Both the position numbers and the translations under genes were made by a program. Positions 19,022 to 29,516 of a DNA stretch of 64,000 bases are shown one piece after another. The notes beneath the pieces are model-generated. The model ran no database searches, had not been told where the DNA came from, and worked only from the letters and a program-made list of their open reading frames with translations. Positions within the stretch are counted from its first letter, which is position 1; each line of letters starts with the position of its first letter. The DNA is from Candidatus Atabeyarchaeum deiterrae. Lineage in GTDB: Archaea > Asgardarchaeota > Atabeyarchaeia > Atabeyarchaeales > Atabeyarchaeaceae. Where the stretch lies: positions 1,952,001-2,016,000 of the forward strand of contig CP147780.1 in the NCBI GenBank assembly GCA_037310415.1. Direction: 5' to 3'.

Positions 19022-20464
19022 ATGACCTCGCTAGTTAGAAAGCAAGTCTATGACTATATTGATGAAAACCTCCCCGAACACCTAAAACGCCTGCAAGAAC
19101 TCGTTAGGCAGCCATCAATCTCAATGGAAAACAAAGGAATAAGAGAATGCGCAGAACTTGTGAAGGCATATTTCCAAGAGATCGGCTGCAACGAGACTTC
19201 AATTGTGGAAACCTCTCTGCACCCCGTAGTATACGGCGAATATGATGCGGGAGCCGACAAAACTGTCATTGTATACATGATGTACGATACAATGCCAGTG
19301 GAGGAACCCGGGTGGATAGTTGCGCCGCTAGATGGAAAGATCACTGACTTCGAATCATTTGGCAAATGCCTCGTTGCCAGGGGATCCTACAACACTAAGG
19401 GTCCCCTCGCTGCATTCATCAATGCATGTAGATCTATCAGGGAAGCAGACAAGGAGCTGCCAGTCAACCTGAAATTTGTTGCTGAAGGAGAAGAGGAACT
19501 CGGCAGCAAGCATCTACCTCAATTCATCGAGAAGTACAAACGCAAGCTTCAGGCGAGCGACGTAGTTTTCTTTCCAAGCACGGATCAAGACGGAAGCGGC
19601 AAGATCATAAACCAACTCGGGGTAAAAGGCATAATCTACTTCGAACTTGAACTTGACGGCAAGAGCTGGGGCTTCGGACCTACGGAGTGCGACATACATG
19701 GAAGCCACAAGGCCTGGGTGGACAGCCCAACGTGGAGGATGATAAATGCGCTAAGCTCAATGACGACACCCGACGGCAACAAGGTCCTCATAGAAGGATT
19801 CTACGATAACGTGATCCCTCCAAGTTCAGACGACTTGGAATTAGTACAGAAACTAACTAAGACATTTGATGAAAAGCCAATGAAGGAGATGCTCAGCGTC
19901 AAGAAATTCATAGACGACTCTCGGGGAAAAGAAGCGCTTCTAAAGTACCTGTATACCCCGTCGCTGAATATCAACGGAATATGGTCAGGTTACACGGGAC
20001 CTGGGACAAAGACAGTCCTCCCATGGAAGATAACCGCGAAAGTCGATGTCAGGCTTATCCCCAACATGACTGTGAAAGAGGTGCTACCGAAGATCAGAAG
20101 ACACCTTGACAAACATGGATTCAAGGAAATAAGAATAGTCGAACTTGAAGAAGGATACGGATGGGCGAAAACAAGCGTGAGACATCCAGCTGCGCAAGCG
20201 CTGATAAAAGCATACAAGGATTTCAACTATCCACTGGAAATCTGGCCGCATATAGCCGGAAGCGTCCCATTCAGCATGTTCAACCGCGAGCCTCTCAATT
20301 TGCCATTCATCATGGGCGGAGTCGGGCACGGAGGGAGATCACACTCTCCAAACGAATACTTGGTGGTAGAAGAAGGAGGAAAGGTCGGAGGATTGGCAAC
20401 CCTGGAGAAGTCCTATGCTGCAATCCTCTACAGCCTGGCTGAGATGAAAAGACCTGCACGATAG
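19022..20464 (+). CDS. M20/M25/M40 family metallopeptidase (dipeptidase-like)
   Basis: YDTMP, ARG...TKG, EGEEELGS, IHGS, HSPNE. Confidence 0.92.
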   Translation: MTSLVRKQVYDYIDENLPEHLKRLQELVRQPSISMENKGIRECAELVKAYFQEIGCNETSIVETSLHPVVYGEYDAGADKTVIVYMMYDTMPVEEPGWIVAPLDGKITDFESFGKCLVARGSYNTKGPLAAFINACRSIREADKELPVNLKFVAEGEEELGSKHLPQFIEKYKRKLQASDVVFFPSTDQDGSGKIINQLGVKGIIYFELELDGKSWGFGPTECDIHGSHKAWVDSPTWRMINALSSMTTPDGNKVLIEGFYDNVIPPSSDDLELVQKLTKTFDEKPMKEMLSVKKFIDDSRGKEALLKYLYTPSLNINGIWSGYTGPGTKTVLPWKITAKVDVRLIPNMTVKEVLPKIRRHLDKHGFKEIRIVELEEGYGWAKTSVRHPAAQALIKAYKDFNYPLEIWPHIAGSVPFSMFNREPLNLPFIMGGVGHGGRSHSPNEYLVVEEGGKVGGLATLEKSYAAILYSLAEMKRPAR

Positions 20465-20614
20465 GAGAAGTTACGACCTCGCTTATTCCAGATCGATGTC
20501 TCAGCCCGACAATTGATGGGGGGCGCGATTATGCCATTTCATTTTATTCTCATAACGGTTATGAATGAGTCGATTTTCTTGATTCATCTCGAGAAGGTCT
20601 CTTATCGTTTCTTC

Positions 20615-22042
20615 CTACACAGATCTGGATCTGCGACGTACCCTGTCATGACGGTTCACTCTGACTGGTTTGACGACACGCTTGCTTCTCGCATGTTTCA
20701 AGGCTAGGCAGACATCTAGGAGCACGGCTACAGCTACCATAACCACGCATAAAATGACGGTCACGCCTGTCATATCTGGGCCTGGTTGTGCATTGGGCTG
20801 TGTCTTCTCAGGGAGTGGACCTTCACTCATAACTGAAGGATAGATGAAGTTGGGCAAGATGTAGAACGATGGATCGGGTCCATCATGAAAAGAGTCGGCT
20901 GTGAATATGACTACAAGGTCATAGCGTGAAACGACAAATATATGTTGACCTCCGTACCCGCTGGCGAAGTAGCAGTGGATCGAAGGATATGTCCACCACT
21001 GATATCCATACCCAAAGCTATCGGGTACATTGGGATTTGTCAGTGCTTGACGAAGCGACGTGTTTGTTGACTCTGCCACCCAACTAGCAGAAACGATTTC
21101 CTTGCCGTCCCATGTGCCGTTGTTCAGCATCAAATATCCTACTCTGGTCATGTCGCGAGGAGTCATATATAGCCCGCCCTGTGTCTGGTAGTAGCCACCT
21201 GGAGCTGTATCCCATCTAACATATCCTACTCCAATCGGGTCAAAGAGGAACTTGCGTGCGAAGGACTCTACAGTATAGTTAGAGACCTGATGGATAATTA
21301 CTCCAAGCAGAAAAGAAGCGCCAGAGCAGTAGACCCATTTCTGACCGGGTTGACATTCCATAGGAGTATCAAGAACATACTGAGCCCAATTTGCGCTTCT
21401 ATACATCGCGCCGAGTGAGTTCCACGGGTCTTCGATGGGCAGCGTCCATTCATCCCAAGCTAGTCCTGTGGTCATTGTGAGCAAGTGTCGGAGTGTCATG
21501 TTCTGCTTGAGTGAATCGAGATTCGTGATCCGCCAACTAGGGAAGAAATCTACGACCTTCTGGCTAATGTTCTTTATGAATCCTTTGTCTATAGCGATTC
21601 CTATGAGAATTGAAGCGATACTCTTCGCTGCGGACTGTAGGTGATGGCATAGCTTGTAGTGATAACCGTCCAAATATGCCTCGCACACCACATATCCGTG
21701 ACGGACGATGATAAACGAGTCCGTTGGATAGATGTTATCGTTAATATATGCAATCGCATTGTCAAGATAAAGTGAATTCATTCCCTGTCTTTCTGGCGTG
21801 GAACTCTGCCAGCTCTCTGTTGGCCAGTACTCCCGTGAAACAGCACCGTACTGGATCGGGCTACTACCTGTGAAGCCCCCTGCTTCGATTCCAGCGACTG
21901 CTACTATCGCCGCAGCAGACGTGAGGACTAAAGCAGCGAGGAATAAAGAGAGAATTGCCCTCCTCGATCTGCTCGAACACTGGTTCACAGTAATCTCCTC
22001 AAAGCAGGATAGCCTTTTCGGGTCGTGCTTCACCAATATCAC
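20615..22042 (-). CDS. membrane-anchored serine hydrolase, beta-lactamase/class C fold
   Basis: SAAK (SxxK), HLLTMTTG, PG..W.YCS, YGYQWW, ASGYGGQ; N-terminal signal and C-terminal TM. Confidence 0.88.
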   Translation of the reverse strand: MILVKHDPKRLSCFEEITVNQCSSRSRRAILSLFLAALVLTSAAAIVAVAGIEAGGFTGSSPIQYGAVSREYWPTESWQSSTPERQGMNSLYLDNAIAYINDNIYPTDSFIIVRHGYVVCEAYLDGYHYKLCHHLQSAAKSIASILIGIAIDKGFIKNISQKVVDFFPSWRITNLDSLKQNMTLRHLLTMTTGLAWDEWTLPIEDPWNSLGAMYRSANWAQYVLDTPMECQPGQKWVYCSGASFLLGVIIHQVSNYTVESFARKFLFDPIGVGYVRWDTAPGGYYQTQGGLYMTPRDMTRVGYLMLNNGTWDGKEIVSASWVAESTNTSLRQALTNPNVPDSFGYGYQWWTYPSIHCYFASGYGGQHIFVVSRYDLVVIFTADSFHDGPDPSFYILPNFIYPSVMSEGPLPEKTQPNAQPGPDMTGVTVILCVVMVAVAVLLDVCLALKHARSKRVVKPVRVNRHDRVRRRSRSV

Positions 22043-22398
22043 GATTCTGCAGCAGCGGGCATTTAACCCTTGTCTCTGATATTATGTAATATTGAGGTTC
22101 TAATGCGTCGATGTCCCAGCTTTTTCTTGATACTAGGTAATATTCTTGCGTTAGGATTGCAGAAGAAGCATGTCGAATAATGTGTCTACCTCTTATGCGA
22201 TGCAAAACACAGCACAATAGTCTGGTTTGACGCTCGGAAAAAGCCCACTAATAATGCAGCTCTCAGCTCATTTCTACATTGCACGACAGATTGACATAGA
22301 TTCTGCATCGATTGTCTGTCAAAAAAGGACAAAGCAGGGCTTAAAACCCTTGAGTTTGTAAATAGAGTTGACAATGCAGAAGGATCGGTGACTGGGAA

Positions 22399-22929
22399 TT
22401 GAGCCGAGTCAATCATATTTGGATCAAACGAAGCTACGAGAATTGTAGCGGTTGCAGAAGATGCGAGATTGCTTGTGCGCTTTCTCATGAAGGAAAGACA
22501 TGGCCTGAAGCTTCGAGAATAAGAGTCTTCATGTATGTCCCAGGAGTCGAGATTCCCCACTTATGCTTTCAATGCGAGGATTACCCTTGTGTCCAAGCAT
22601 GTCCAGAAGAGGCACTGTCCGTAAACACCGGGACTGGAGCAGTGAATGTAGACAACTCAAAGTGCACCGCATGCGCCACATGCATTGAGGCGTGCCCCGG
22701 ACACGTTCCGCACATGCATCCAAAAGAAAACCACATAGTTATCTGCGACCTATGCGATGGAAAACCAAAGTGTGCTGAAGCATGCCAAGCAGGCCGATGG
22801 AACACGCTGAAGATTGTTCAAAGGGACAAAAAGGTTTCCTACAAGGCGCTAGCAAAGACGCCAGATGAGCTCACACATGAAGTGGCGAAGCAGGTGCTGG
22901 GCGAAGAAATTACCAAGGAGGTCCTGTAA
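22399..22929 (+). CDS. 4Fe-4S polyferredoxin subunit associated with AOR
   Basis: CSGCRRCEIAC, CFQC...CVQACP, CTACATCIEACP, CDLC...CAEAC. Confidence 0.92.
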   Translation: MSRVNHIWIKRSYENCSGCRRCEIACALSHEGKTWPEASRIRVFMYVPGVEIPHLCFQCEDYPCVQACPEEALSVNTGTGAVNVDNSKCTACATCIEACPGHVPHMHPKENHIVICDLCDGKPKCAEACQAGRWNTLKIVQRDKKVSYKALAKTPDELTHEVAKQVLGEEITKEVL

Positions 22930-22931
22930 CA

Positions 22932-24797
22932 ATGAGGGGCTACGCAGGGAGATATCTGGAAATAGACTTATCCAGCGGGAGTAGCAAGGAAGCAACATTT
23001 CCAGATCAAGTTCTGAAGGATTACATCGGCGGAAGAGGGTTAGCCACCAAAATCCTATGGGACAGGCTTGGCAGAAAGTGGGAAACGGTAGATCCATTCA
23101 GTCCAGAAAACATACTCCTTGTCATGACAGGTCCCCTGACTGGATATGTTCCGGGAACAAAAGTCTGCGTCGCTGGAAAATCGCCTCAGAGTAACGGAGT
23201 AATAGGCTCAACGGTGGCTGGCGAATTCGGAGTAGAGCTAAAATGCGCTGGCTGCGATGGTCTCATAATAACTGGGAAAGCCGAGAAGCCAAGCTACATT
23301 TTCATATGTGATAACCATGTCGAAATCAAAGACGCCTCCCAAATATGGGGCAAGAAGGGAAGGGAAACCTATCGTTTCCTAGTCAAAAAGTCAGTTGAAG
23401 ACATCAAAGCTATTAGGCCAAATCATGGCGAAGTAAAGGAGCCTGCAATTCTCTATGCGGGACCAGCGGGAGAGAACATGACTAGGGTTGCAGCAGTAAT
23501 GTCAAAGTACGCCCATGCCGCAGGCTACGGTGGGTATGGCGGAGTCATGGGATCTAAAAACCTTAAAGCAGTAGTTGCCAAGGGCTTCGGCCCACTGCCA
23601 GACATAGAATCAAAGGAAAAAGTTCAGCAAATGTATCAAGACTTTTCGAAAAGGAATTTCCAAATCGAAGGATTCAGGCGCTATGGAACTGGAAGTGGAG
23701 GGTATACAACTGGAGCCGACATGAGTTCTGAGCCAGTCAGAAACTGGCAGGAAGAATGGCACAACGAGAAGAGCTATAAGGGTGAAGAATTCGACAAGCA
23801 CTGGGTCAAGAAATACTGGGGGGACTTCGGCTGTCCAGTCACGTGCTTGAAGCTTGCAGTACTGAAAGGAGGCAAATTCAAAGGAGCAGTGTGCGACAAT
23901 CCAGACTATGAACTTGAAGCTTTCCTGGGGGCAAACCTCGGAATATTCGATCCAGAACAAGATATCTACTTGTCATATTTGGTCAATGAACTCGGACTAT
24001 GTGGGATTCAAGGCGGGTCAGCGCTAGGATTCGCAGCGGATCTTTACCAAAGGGGAATACTAACCGAGGAAGATCTTGATGGAATAGATCTAAAATGGGG
24101 AAACGTCAAAGCCTTCGAAACCCTAGCGGAGAAAGTAGCTCTAAGACAAGGAATCGGCGACACGTTAGCTGAAGGTGTCTACAGAGCGGCTCTGAAGCTT
24201 GGCAAAAAGAAAGGTATAGACCTAATGAAATATGCGGTTCACTCGAAGGGCGTATCCATAGGAGCGCATGGAATCAGAAGTGGACATGACTTCCTCGCAA
24301 AGAATATTGGCTACGCGGTCTCGGTTCAAGGCGGAGATCACACATCATCCACCAACCTTCCACTCGACGACAGCGAACTGTCCACGATATTCGCGGACTC
24401 ATCCACCTACTGCTTCTTCACAACATTCGGAATCGAAGACAAAGAACTATTCAAGTTATATGAAGCGGTAACCGGATGGAAACTACCAGACTCGGAATGG
24501 TACAAGAAGAAAGCCTTAAGGATATTACACCTGCAAAGAACCATGCTCCTACTGGGCGGTCCAGACGCGAAATGGAAACCTAAAGTTGATGATGACAACC
24601 CTCCGAGATTCTGGGAGCCACTGCCCTCAGGACCATACAAAGGAAAAACCGTGAACCGAAAGAAGTTTGAAGAAGACAGACTCAAATATTACAGGGCGGT
24701 TGGCTGGGACAAGAACGGTGTACCAAGACTCGCAGTGCTAAAAAGGCTGGGCTTGGAGAACGTGGAAGCGAAGCTCAAGAACATACGTCGCGACTAA
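22932..24797 (+). CDS. aldehyde:ferredoxin oxidoreductase family tungstoenzyme (divergent subtype)
   Basis: KSPQS, AAGYGGYGGVMGSKNLKA, PDYE, GGDH; Fe-S loop reads WGDFGCPVTC. Confidence 0.9.
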   Translation: MRGYAGRYLEIDLSSGSSKEATFPDQVLKDYIGGRGLATKILWDRLGRKWETVDPFSPENILLVMTGPLTGYVPGTKVCVAGKSPQSNGVIGSTVAGEFGVELKCAGCDGLIITGKAEKPSYIFICDNHVEIKDASQIWGKKGRETYRFLVKKSVEDIKAIRPNHGEVKEPAILYAGPAGENMTRVAAVMSKYAHAAGYGGYGGVMGSKNLKAVVAKGFGPLPDIESKEKVQQMYQDFSKRNFQIEGFRRYGTGSGGYTTGADMSSEPVRNWQEEWHNEKSYKGEEFDKHWVKKYWGDFGCPVTCLKLAVLKGGKFKGAVCDNPDYELEAFLGANLGIFDPEQDIYLSYLVNELGLCGIQGGSALGFAADLYQRGILTEEDLDGIDLKWGNVKAFETLAEKVALRQGIGDTLAEGVYRAALKLGKKKGIDLMKYAVHSKGVSIGAHGIRSGHDFLAKNIGYAVSVQGGDHTSSTNLPLDDSELSTIFADSSTYCFFTTFGIEDKELFKLYEAVTGWKLPDSEWYKKKALRILHLQRTMLLLGGPDAKWKPKVDDDNPPRFWEPLPSGPYKGKTVNRKKFEEDRLKYYRAVGWDKNGVPRLAVLKRLGLENVEAKLKNIRRD

Positions 24798-25056
24798 CAG
24801 TTACGGTTTGAAGAACTATGGTGAGATGCTTCTTGAGGACAGTGACCAAAAAGTAGGTCGGTGCTCGACACGGTATTAGGATGGTATCGGAAGTAATTCC
24901 GACGTGGCGGCGCAAGTCAAATCGAGCCGAGGATTCATCTAATTCCTTCAGGAGGTTCGTCGCTTGCGAAGACCATAGTCTCGGCGAAACGTATTCATGC
25001 ATAGCTCTATGTTTAACTAGTCGTCTCGCAACTAACTACCGAGGGGAACAATCTAA

Positions 25057-26433
25057 TTGACTGACCTGATCGCACATGGGGGAAAGCGATTGGACCAACC
25101 AACCTTGACGGGCCTCAAGGCTTGTGGCATAAGTCAGATTGCTCTAGCGACTTCCGCAGCCGTTTCCTCCATAGCGTACCGTGTGGTCGTGCTATCGAGT
25201 CCCCCAGCATACGACTACGCCACGATTCTTCTGCCTGTGGGAATCGCCACCTCCATAATCTTCCTAATCTTCGCAGCAGCACAGACAGTTTCCGCAAGTA
25301 TGATGCGTCGAGTTCTAGAAGATTATAGAGTAGGAGTTTACGGCGGCATATCCGGCACGGTGGTCGGTGTAACAGGCTTGGTGTACAGTGTGCTCGCAAT
25401 CCTTGGAGTGACTACAACCACCATTCACTCCCCCTCTGGAGACTACTCTATTCCAAACATCCTCGGCGTAGCTTTGCCTATTGTCTATAATGCATCTTTG
25501 GCTCTGACATTGGTCTTAATGGGCATGTTCTTTATCAGTAGTCGAAGACAATTTTCAAGGGGAGAACTCTGGCTAATTACGGGAGCAATCTATATCCTCG
25601 AGGGCGCGTCACAACTCGGGTTCTCTTCCAGCCCCTTCATCTCCCTTTACTACTACCTACCCACCGGTCTAATTCTAAGTGGCGTTCTCGGTGCAACATG
25701 TCTGCTAGCAGGCACTTGGCACCAGATAAAAGGTCAGAGCAGCGAGGTGAGAAAAAGGGTGAACGGTTCACCCGTAGATCTATGGGTTGAAGGGCTGGGG
25801 CGACGCGAACTCTCCTTAGGCGCGCTCAGTCAGATTCTTCTCGCAGTCTCCTTGGGAGCATCGCTTATCCCATTCGCAGCATCGGTACTCATAGGGGGTT
25901 CAACTCATTACTTCCAGAGCGCTGCGCCCGCGGGTCTTGCAGGCTCCATGATTCTTCTCATGTCATCGGTTTTACTCTGGATTTCCATGAGGAGAATAGC
26001 GCGGAGAACCAGAGGCGGAAGAAACAAACTGGGTTATGCTAGCGTTTACATAGAACTGGCAGCCGCCATCACTGGAGCTTTCTACTACGGACTGACTATA
26101 TTGGAGGTCACAATAACAACTGATGTTTTTGGCACTAATTCGGATCTTAATTTACCAGGTGTTGCAATGTTCTTTGCATACTTGGGGCTATTAGGGACAT
26201 TCCTACTCATCATCGGCGCTTTCTTTTTGGTGAACGCGAAGCATTCTCTGCATAGCGATTTCTGGATCGCTTCCGGCTTGTCCTACATGATCATCGGGTC
26301 CCTGCAGTTCCTGCAATATAACGCGTCAAACATGTCGTACAATGCGGCGGGAATTATCATTGCCGGACTACTTGGAGCAGCGATCTTTATATTGGAAAAA
26401 GGGTTGGGCGAGCGCGATGGCGTATCTGAGTAA
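25057..26433 (+). CDS. polytopic membrane protein of unknown function with an internal duplication
   Basis: About 12 TM segments in two homologous halves. Confidence 0.7.
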   Translation: MTDLIAHGGKRLDQPTLTGLKACGISQIALATSAAVSSIAYRVVVLSSPPAYDYATILLPVGIATSIIFLIFAAAQTVSASMMRRVLEDYRVGVYGGISGTVVGVTGLVYSVLAILGVTTTTIHSPSGDYSIPNILGVALPIVYNASLALTLVLMGMFFISSRRQFSRGELWLITGAIYILEGASQLGFSSSPFISLYYYLPTGLILSGVLGATCLLAGTWHQIKGQSSEVRKRVNGSPVDLWVEGLGRRELSLGALSQILLAVSLGASLIPFAASVLIGGSTHYFQSAAPAGLAGSMILLMSSVLLWISMRRIARRTRGGRNKLGYASVYIELAAAITGAFYYGLTILEVTITTDVFGTNSDLNLPGVAMFFAYLGLLGTFLLIIGAFFLVNAKHSLHSDFWIASGLSYMIIGSLQFLQYNASNMSYNAAGIIIAGLLGAAIFILEKGLGERDGVSE

Positions 26434-26489
26434 GCGTTGACTAATTTGACAATGTATTGATTTCAGAATCTCTACTCGCCACGGTTTTT

Positions 26490-27218
26490 TCAGTCAATCC
26501 CCTTGTTTCCATATCGATTATGGTGGGTGAACCCTTCTATGTCGCGGCGCACCCTCATGTATCTAGCTGGCGCAGAGATGGTATATCCCAGTCGGCTAGT
26601 GTAGGCGATCTTCATGTATTCGGGGATGTTCAGAATCTGTCTTACCTCTTTCTCTATGGGTTTGGCGCTAAAGACACTCAATATCTGAAGGCTAATTCCC
26701 AAGGAGTGGGCCATGAGCCACATGTTCTCCATAACGCAACCCAAACTCATAATACCCAAAACATCCCCTTCCGAAGCAGGTGCCCTCTTCCTGGAATCAT
26801 GAATAAGAATCAACAGCATCGGACTACCCCTGATTGATTGGTTCAATAGCGAAGGGGCGCTTTCGCGAACGACCTCATCCAGTTTAGCAGGATTTCTCCA
26901 TGACGGCGGAAACATTGTGCCAAGTATTCCAACTTTCTTCCTCAGCAACTCCTCTTCGGAGAGCGTGAGCTGCTCATAGTTCTCACGAAGAAACTCGGCC
27001 GAAATACGAGACTTAATGTTTCCTATCTTTTCGAGAAGCTCTTTGTCATCAACGACGAGGATCTCGAAGTTCTGCATGTTATGAGCCGTTGGTGCCCACC
27101 TCCCTGCTTCCAAGACCTTCCTCAGATCCTCCTTATCGACAGGGCGATTCGGATCAAAGGGAACCCTGGTGGATTGTCTTTGTTGCATGAGTTTCAAGAC
27201 ATCACTCAAATTGATCAT
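26490..27218 (-). CDS. nitroreductase family protein
   Basis: RQSTR.PF, APTAHNMQ, GC..ENMWL.AHSLG; start set at MINLSD to avoid overlap with the upstream gene. Confidence 0.88.
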   Translation of the reverse strand: MINLSDVLKLMQQRQSTRVPFDPNRPVDKEDLRKVLEAGRWAPTAHNMQNFEILVVDDKELLEKIGNIKSRISAEFLRENYEQLTLSEEELLRKKVGILGTMFPPSWRNPAKLDEVVRESAPSLLNQSIRGSPMLLILIHDSRKRAPASEGDVLGIMSLGCVMENMWLMAHSLGISLQILSVFSAKPIEKEVRQILNIPEYMKIAYTSRLGYTISAPARYMRVRRDIEGFTHHNRYGNKGID

Positions 27219-27274
27219 CTCCGTCTTCGAAAACACTAAGTATCCTGGGCATGTAACGGAAAAAGTGTTTCTCT

Positions 27275-27988
27275 CTATCTCTTCAGAGTCTTTCTGAAGA
27301 ACGCCACAGTTCTGTTCCATGCGTCTTTTGCTGCTTCGGTTCTATAGCTCTCTCTAGTATCATTGAAGAAGGCGTGAGGCGCTCCCGGATAGACCTTTAT
27401 ATCGAATTTCTTTCCGTATTTGGTCAGCGCTGCCCTTAGCGCGTCAATATCAGCCTTAGTTAAGCCAGGGTCAGCTCCGCCATAGTTACCGAGAATTGGG
27501 CAAGAAAGGTTCTTCACAGAATCCAATGGTGTTGGGTTTCTCCCATAGAATATTACAGCTGCAGCTAATTCCTTGCTATGTAAGGCCAGGGATAGGGAAA
27601 GCCACCCACCCATACAGAATCCGATGGAACCGATCCGATCAGGATTGACAAAGTCTAATGTCTTCAGGTAAGCGACAGCCGCCTTCAAGTCTCCCAAGAT
27701 CTTTTCTTCAGACAACTCTTGTCGGATCTTGAATCCATCTTCTATTCTTGATGCTGTTTTGCCTTCGAATAGATCAACTGCGAGGGCTGCATATCCCTCT
27801 TTGGCAAACCTCTCTGCGACGTCCTCGATATGCCTTACAAGACCCCAAACCTCATGGATGACGATCACACCGGGGAACTTGTCAGCGCCCTTTGGTCTAA
27901 CTAGATATCCCTTGGTGTTCTTAGCCTTGTTTCCACCAGGAAACTCCACACGACTCATGGTAATTTCTCTAGCTTGCCCCGCTTCCAT
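27275..27988 (-). CDS. dienelactone hydrolase family protein
   Basis: HEVWG, GFCMGG, YPGAPHAF. Confidence 0.93.
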   Translation of the reverse strand: MEAGQAREITMSRVEFPGGNKAKNTKGYLVRPKGADKFPGVIVIHEVWGLVRHIEDVAERFAKEGYAALAVDLFEGKTASRIEDGFKIRQELSEEKILGDLKAAVAYLKTLDFVNPDRIGSIGFCMGGWLSLSLALHSKELAAAVIFYGRNPTPLDSVKNLSCPILGNYGGADPGLTKADIDALRAALTKYGKKFDIKVYPGAPHAFFNDTRESYRTEAAKDAWNRTVAFFRKTLKR

Positions 27989-28075
27989 ATAGACGCCTCA
28001 ACCTTAGCAATTCCTCACCTTACCTAAAAACTGTTATGTAGGAGACGAGAAAATAGCCATGTATGGTGGGCTCAC

Positions 28076-28426
28076 ATGAGTAAAAACCTTGACTTTTCAA
28101 AGATCTACGAAGTAGTAGCATGTTTGAATGATTACTATGCAGAAACCCTCAGAGAAGGAACATCTTTGAAGAATAGTATCGACGAGATAGAGGAGCATCT
28201 TGCTGAAAGAGGTTCAGGTGCTGACTTTGGGAAGAATAGGGGTCTGGCAGCGAAACGGTTGGACTTGGTTGTTGACAATCTGATACTGGCAAACGGTAAA
28301 TTGAATGACCTAAGAGAATCGTGTAAGAGAGTTGAAGAGCTAATGACTTCTTTCCTATGCTATTCTCTATCCAGATTTAGAGGAGAGAAGGTCAAGACTG
28401 ACGGTTCTGGAGAACCTCCAGCATAG
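28076..28426 (+). CDS. hypothetical helical/coiled-coil protein
   Basis: ATG after GGTGGG; heptad-like composition. Confidence 0.6.
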   Translation: MSKNLDFSKIYEVVACLNDYYAETLREGTSLKNSIDEIEEHLAERGSGADFGKNRGLAAKRLDLVVDNLILANGKLNDLRESCKRVEELMTSFLCYSLSRFRGEKVKTDGSGEPPA

Positions 28427-28483
28427 AGAGAAGGATATATATCTTAGCAGGGTCTATTTCAGAAAAAAAACGAGGTGTGAAAA

Positions 28484-28738
28484 ATGACCATGACACAAAC
28501 AAGGGCGCGTCCTGCCAGAACTTATGGCACTCTTGGTCTCATGAGCTCAATTTTCAGCTTACTTCTCTTGGCAGACGTATTTGGACCGGTGGCTATTATT
28601 CTCGGAGCCTACACGTGGCGAAAGGAACCAGAAAGCTCATTTGGGCTGACCGTCCTGATTCTTGGAATAGTATGCATGCTTGTGGGGATATACTTCACAG
28701 CCTTCCCAGATCTGATTGACCTCATATTCGGGTACTGA
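28484..28738 (+). CDS. small 2-3 TM membrane protein (DUF4190-like)
   Basis: FGPVAIILG motif; GAGGTG site upstream; T-rich tract downstream. Confidence 0.7.
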   Translation: MTMTQTRARPARTYGTLGLMSSIFSLLLLADVFGPVAIILGAYTWRKEPESSFGLTVLILGIVCMLVGIYFTAFPDLIDLIFGY

Positions 28739-28864
28739 TGCTTTCCGCTTTTCTTTTTCAGCGAAGCGTGAATACGAAGTCTTCCTTTATACCTGGGGAC
28801 GGATATAGATTGGAAAACCGATCCAGCAGTCAGTTCTGCAGAGCCTGCGGATCGTAGTATCGAT

Positions 28865-29515
28865 TTGTGTGAGGTGAGATTGATGCGCTATGAAGATATC
28901 TTAGAATACGTTCAAGGATTAGTGGGAACAGGTGACGATATCCTCGCAGGGACCAGCGAACGATCAGATGAACTCAGAGACTCCGGGGTTTTCCAAATAG
29001 ACCAAAGCAGTGGACGACTCCTAGAATTGCTCGCAAGGATAAGATCGCCAAAACGAGTACTGGAGATTGGCTCAGGAGCTGGTTACAGTGCATTGTGGTT
29101 AATGAAAGGAATGCCACCAGACGGGACGTTGGATGCGATCGAGCTGGACCCGAAAGTCGCACAAGCGTTAGGGGCTACGATAGAGCGGGCTGGACTTGGA
29201 GGGCGGATCAGAATCCACCAAGGTCGAGCCCTTGACTTATTATCAAAGATGAAGGTAACCTACGACATGGTTTTCATTGACGCAAACAAAGACGAGTACC
29301 CCAGCTACTTGGAGCAGGCGCTTCGACTTACGGCACCTGGAAGCGTAATCCTGGCTCATAACATGTTCATGAGTATTGGCACGGTTAATGGAAAAAGGTC
29401 GCGCAGGCAAAAAGGGATTACTGAATACACGAGGCGCATATTCAATGATCACAGACTCTCCAGTTTGGTCGTGCCCTTGGGAGATGGAATGGCACTTAGC
29501 TACAGAGTCAGATGA
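28865..29515 (+). CDS. class I SAM-dependent O-methyltransferase (COMT/CCoAOMT-like)
   Basis: VLEIGSGAGYS, DMVFIDANK..Y, PLGDG. Confidence 0.92.
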   Translation: MCEVRLMRYEDILEYVQGLVGTGDDILAGTSERSDELRDSGVFQIDQSSGRLLELLARIRSPKRVLEIGSGAGYSALWLMKGMPPDGTLDAIELDPKVAQALGATIERAGLGGRIRIHQGRALDLLSKMKVTYDMVFIDANKDEYPSYLEQALRLTAPGSVILAHNMFMSIGTVNGKRSRRQKGITEYTRRIFNDHRLSSLVVPLGDGMALSYRVR

Positions 29516-29516
29516 T

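Noticed and set aside
20615-22042. Antibiotic-resistance beta-lactamase
   Set aside because: The fold is shared with esterases, amidases and peptidases; nothing indicates beta-lactam specificity.
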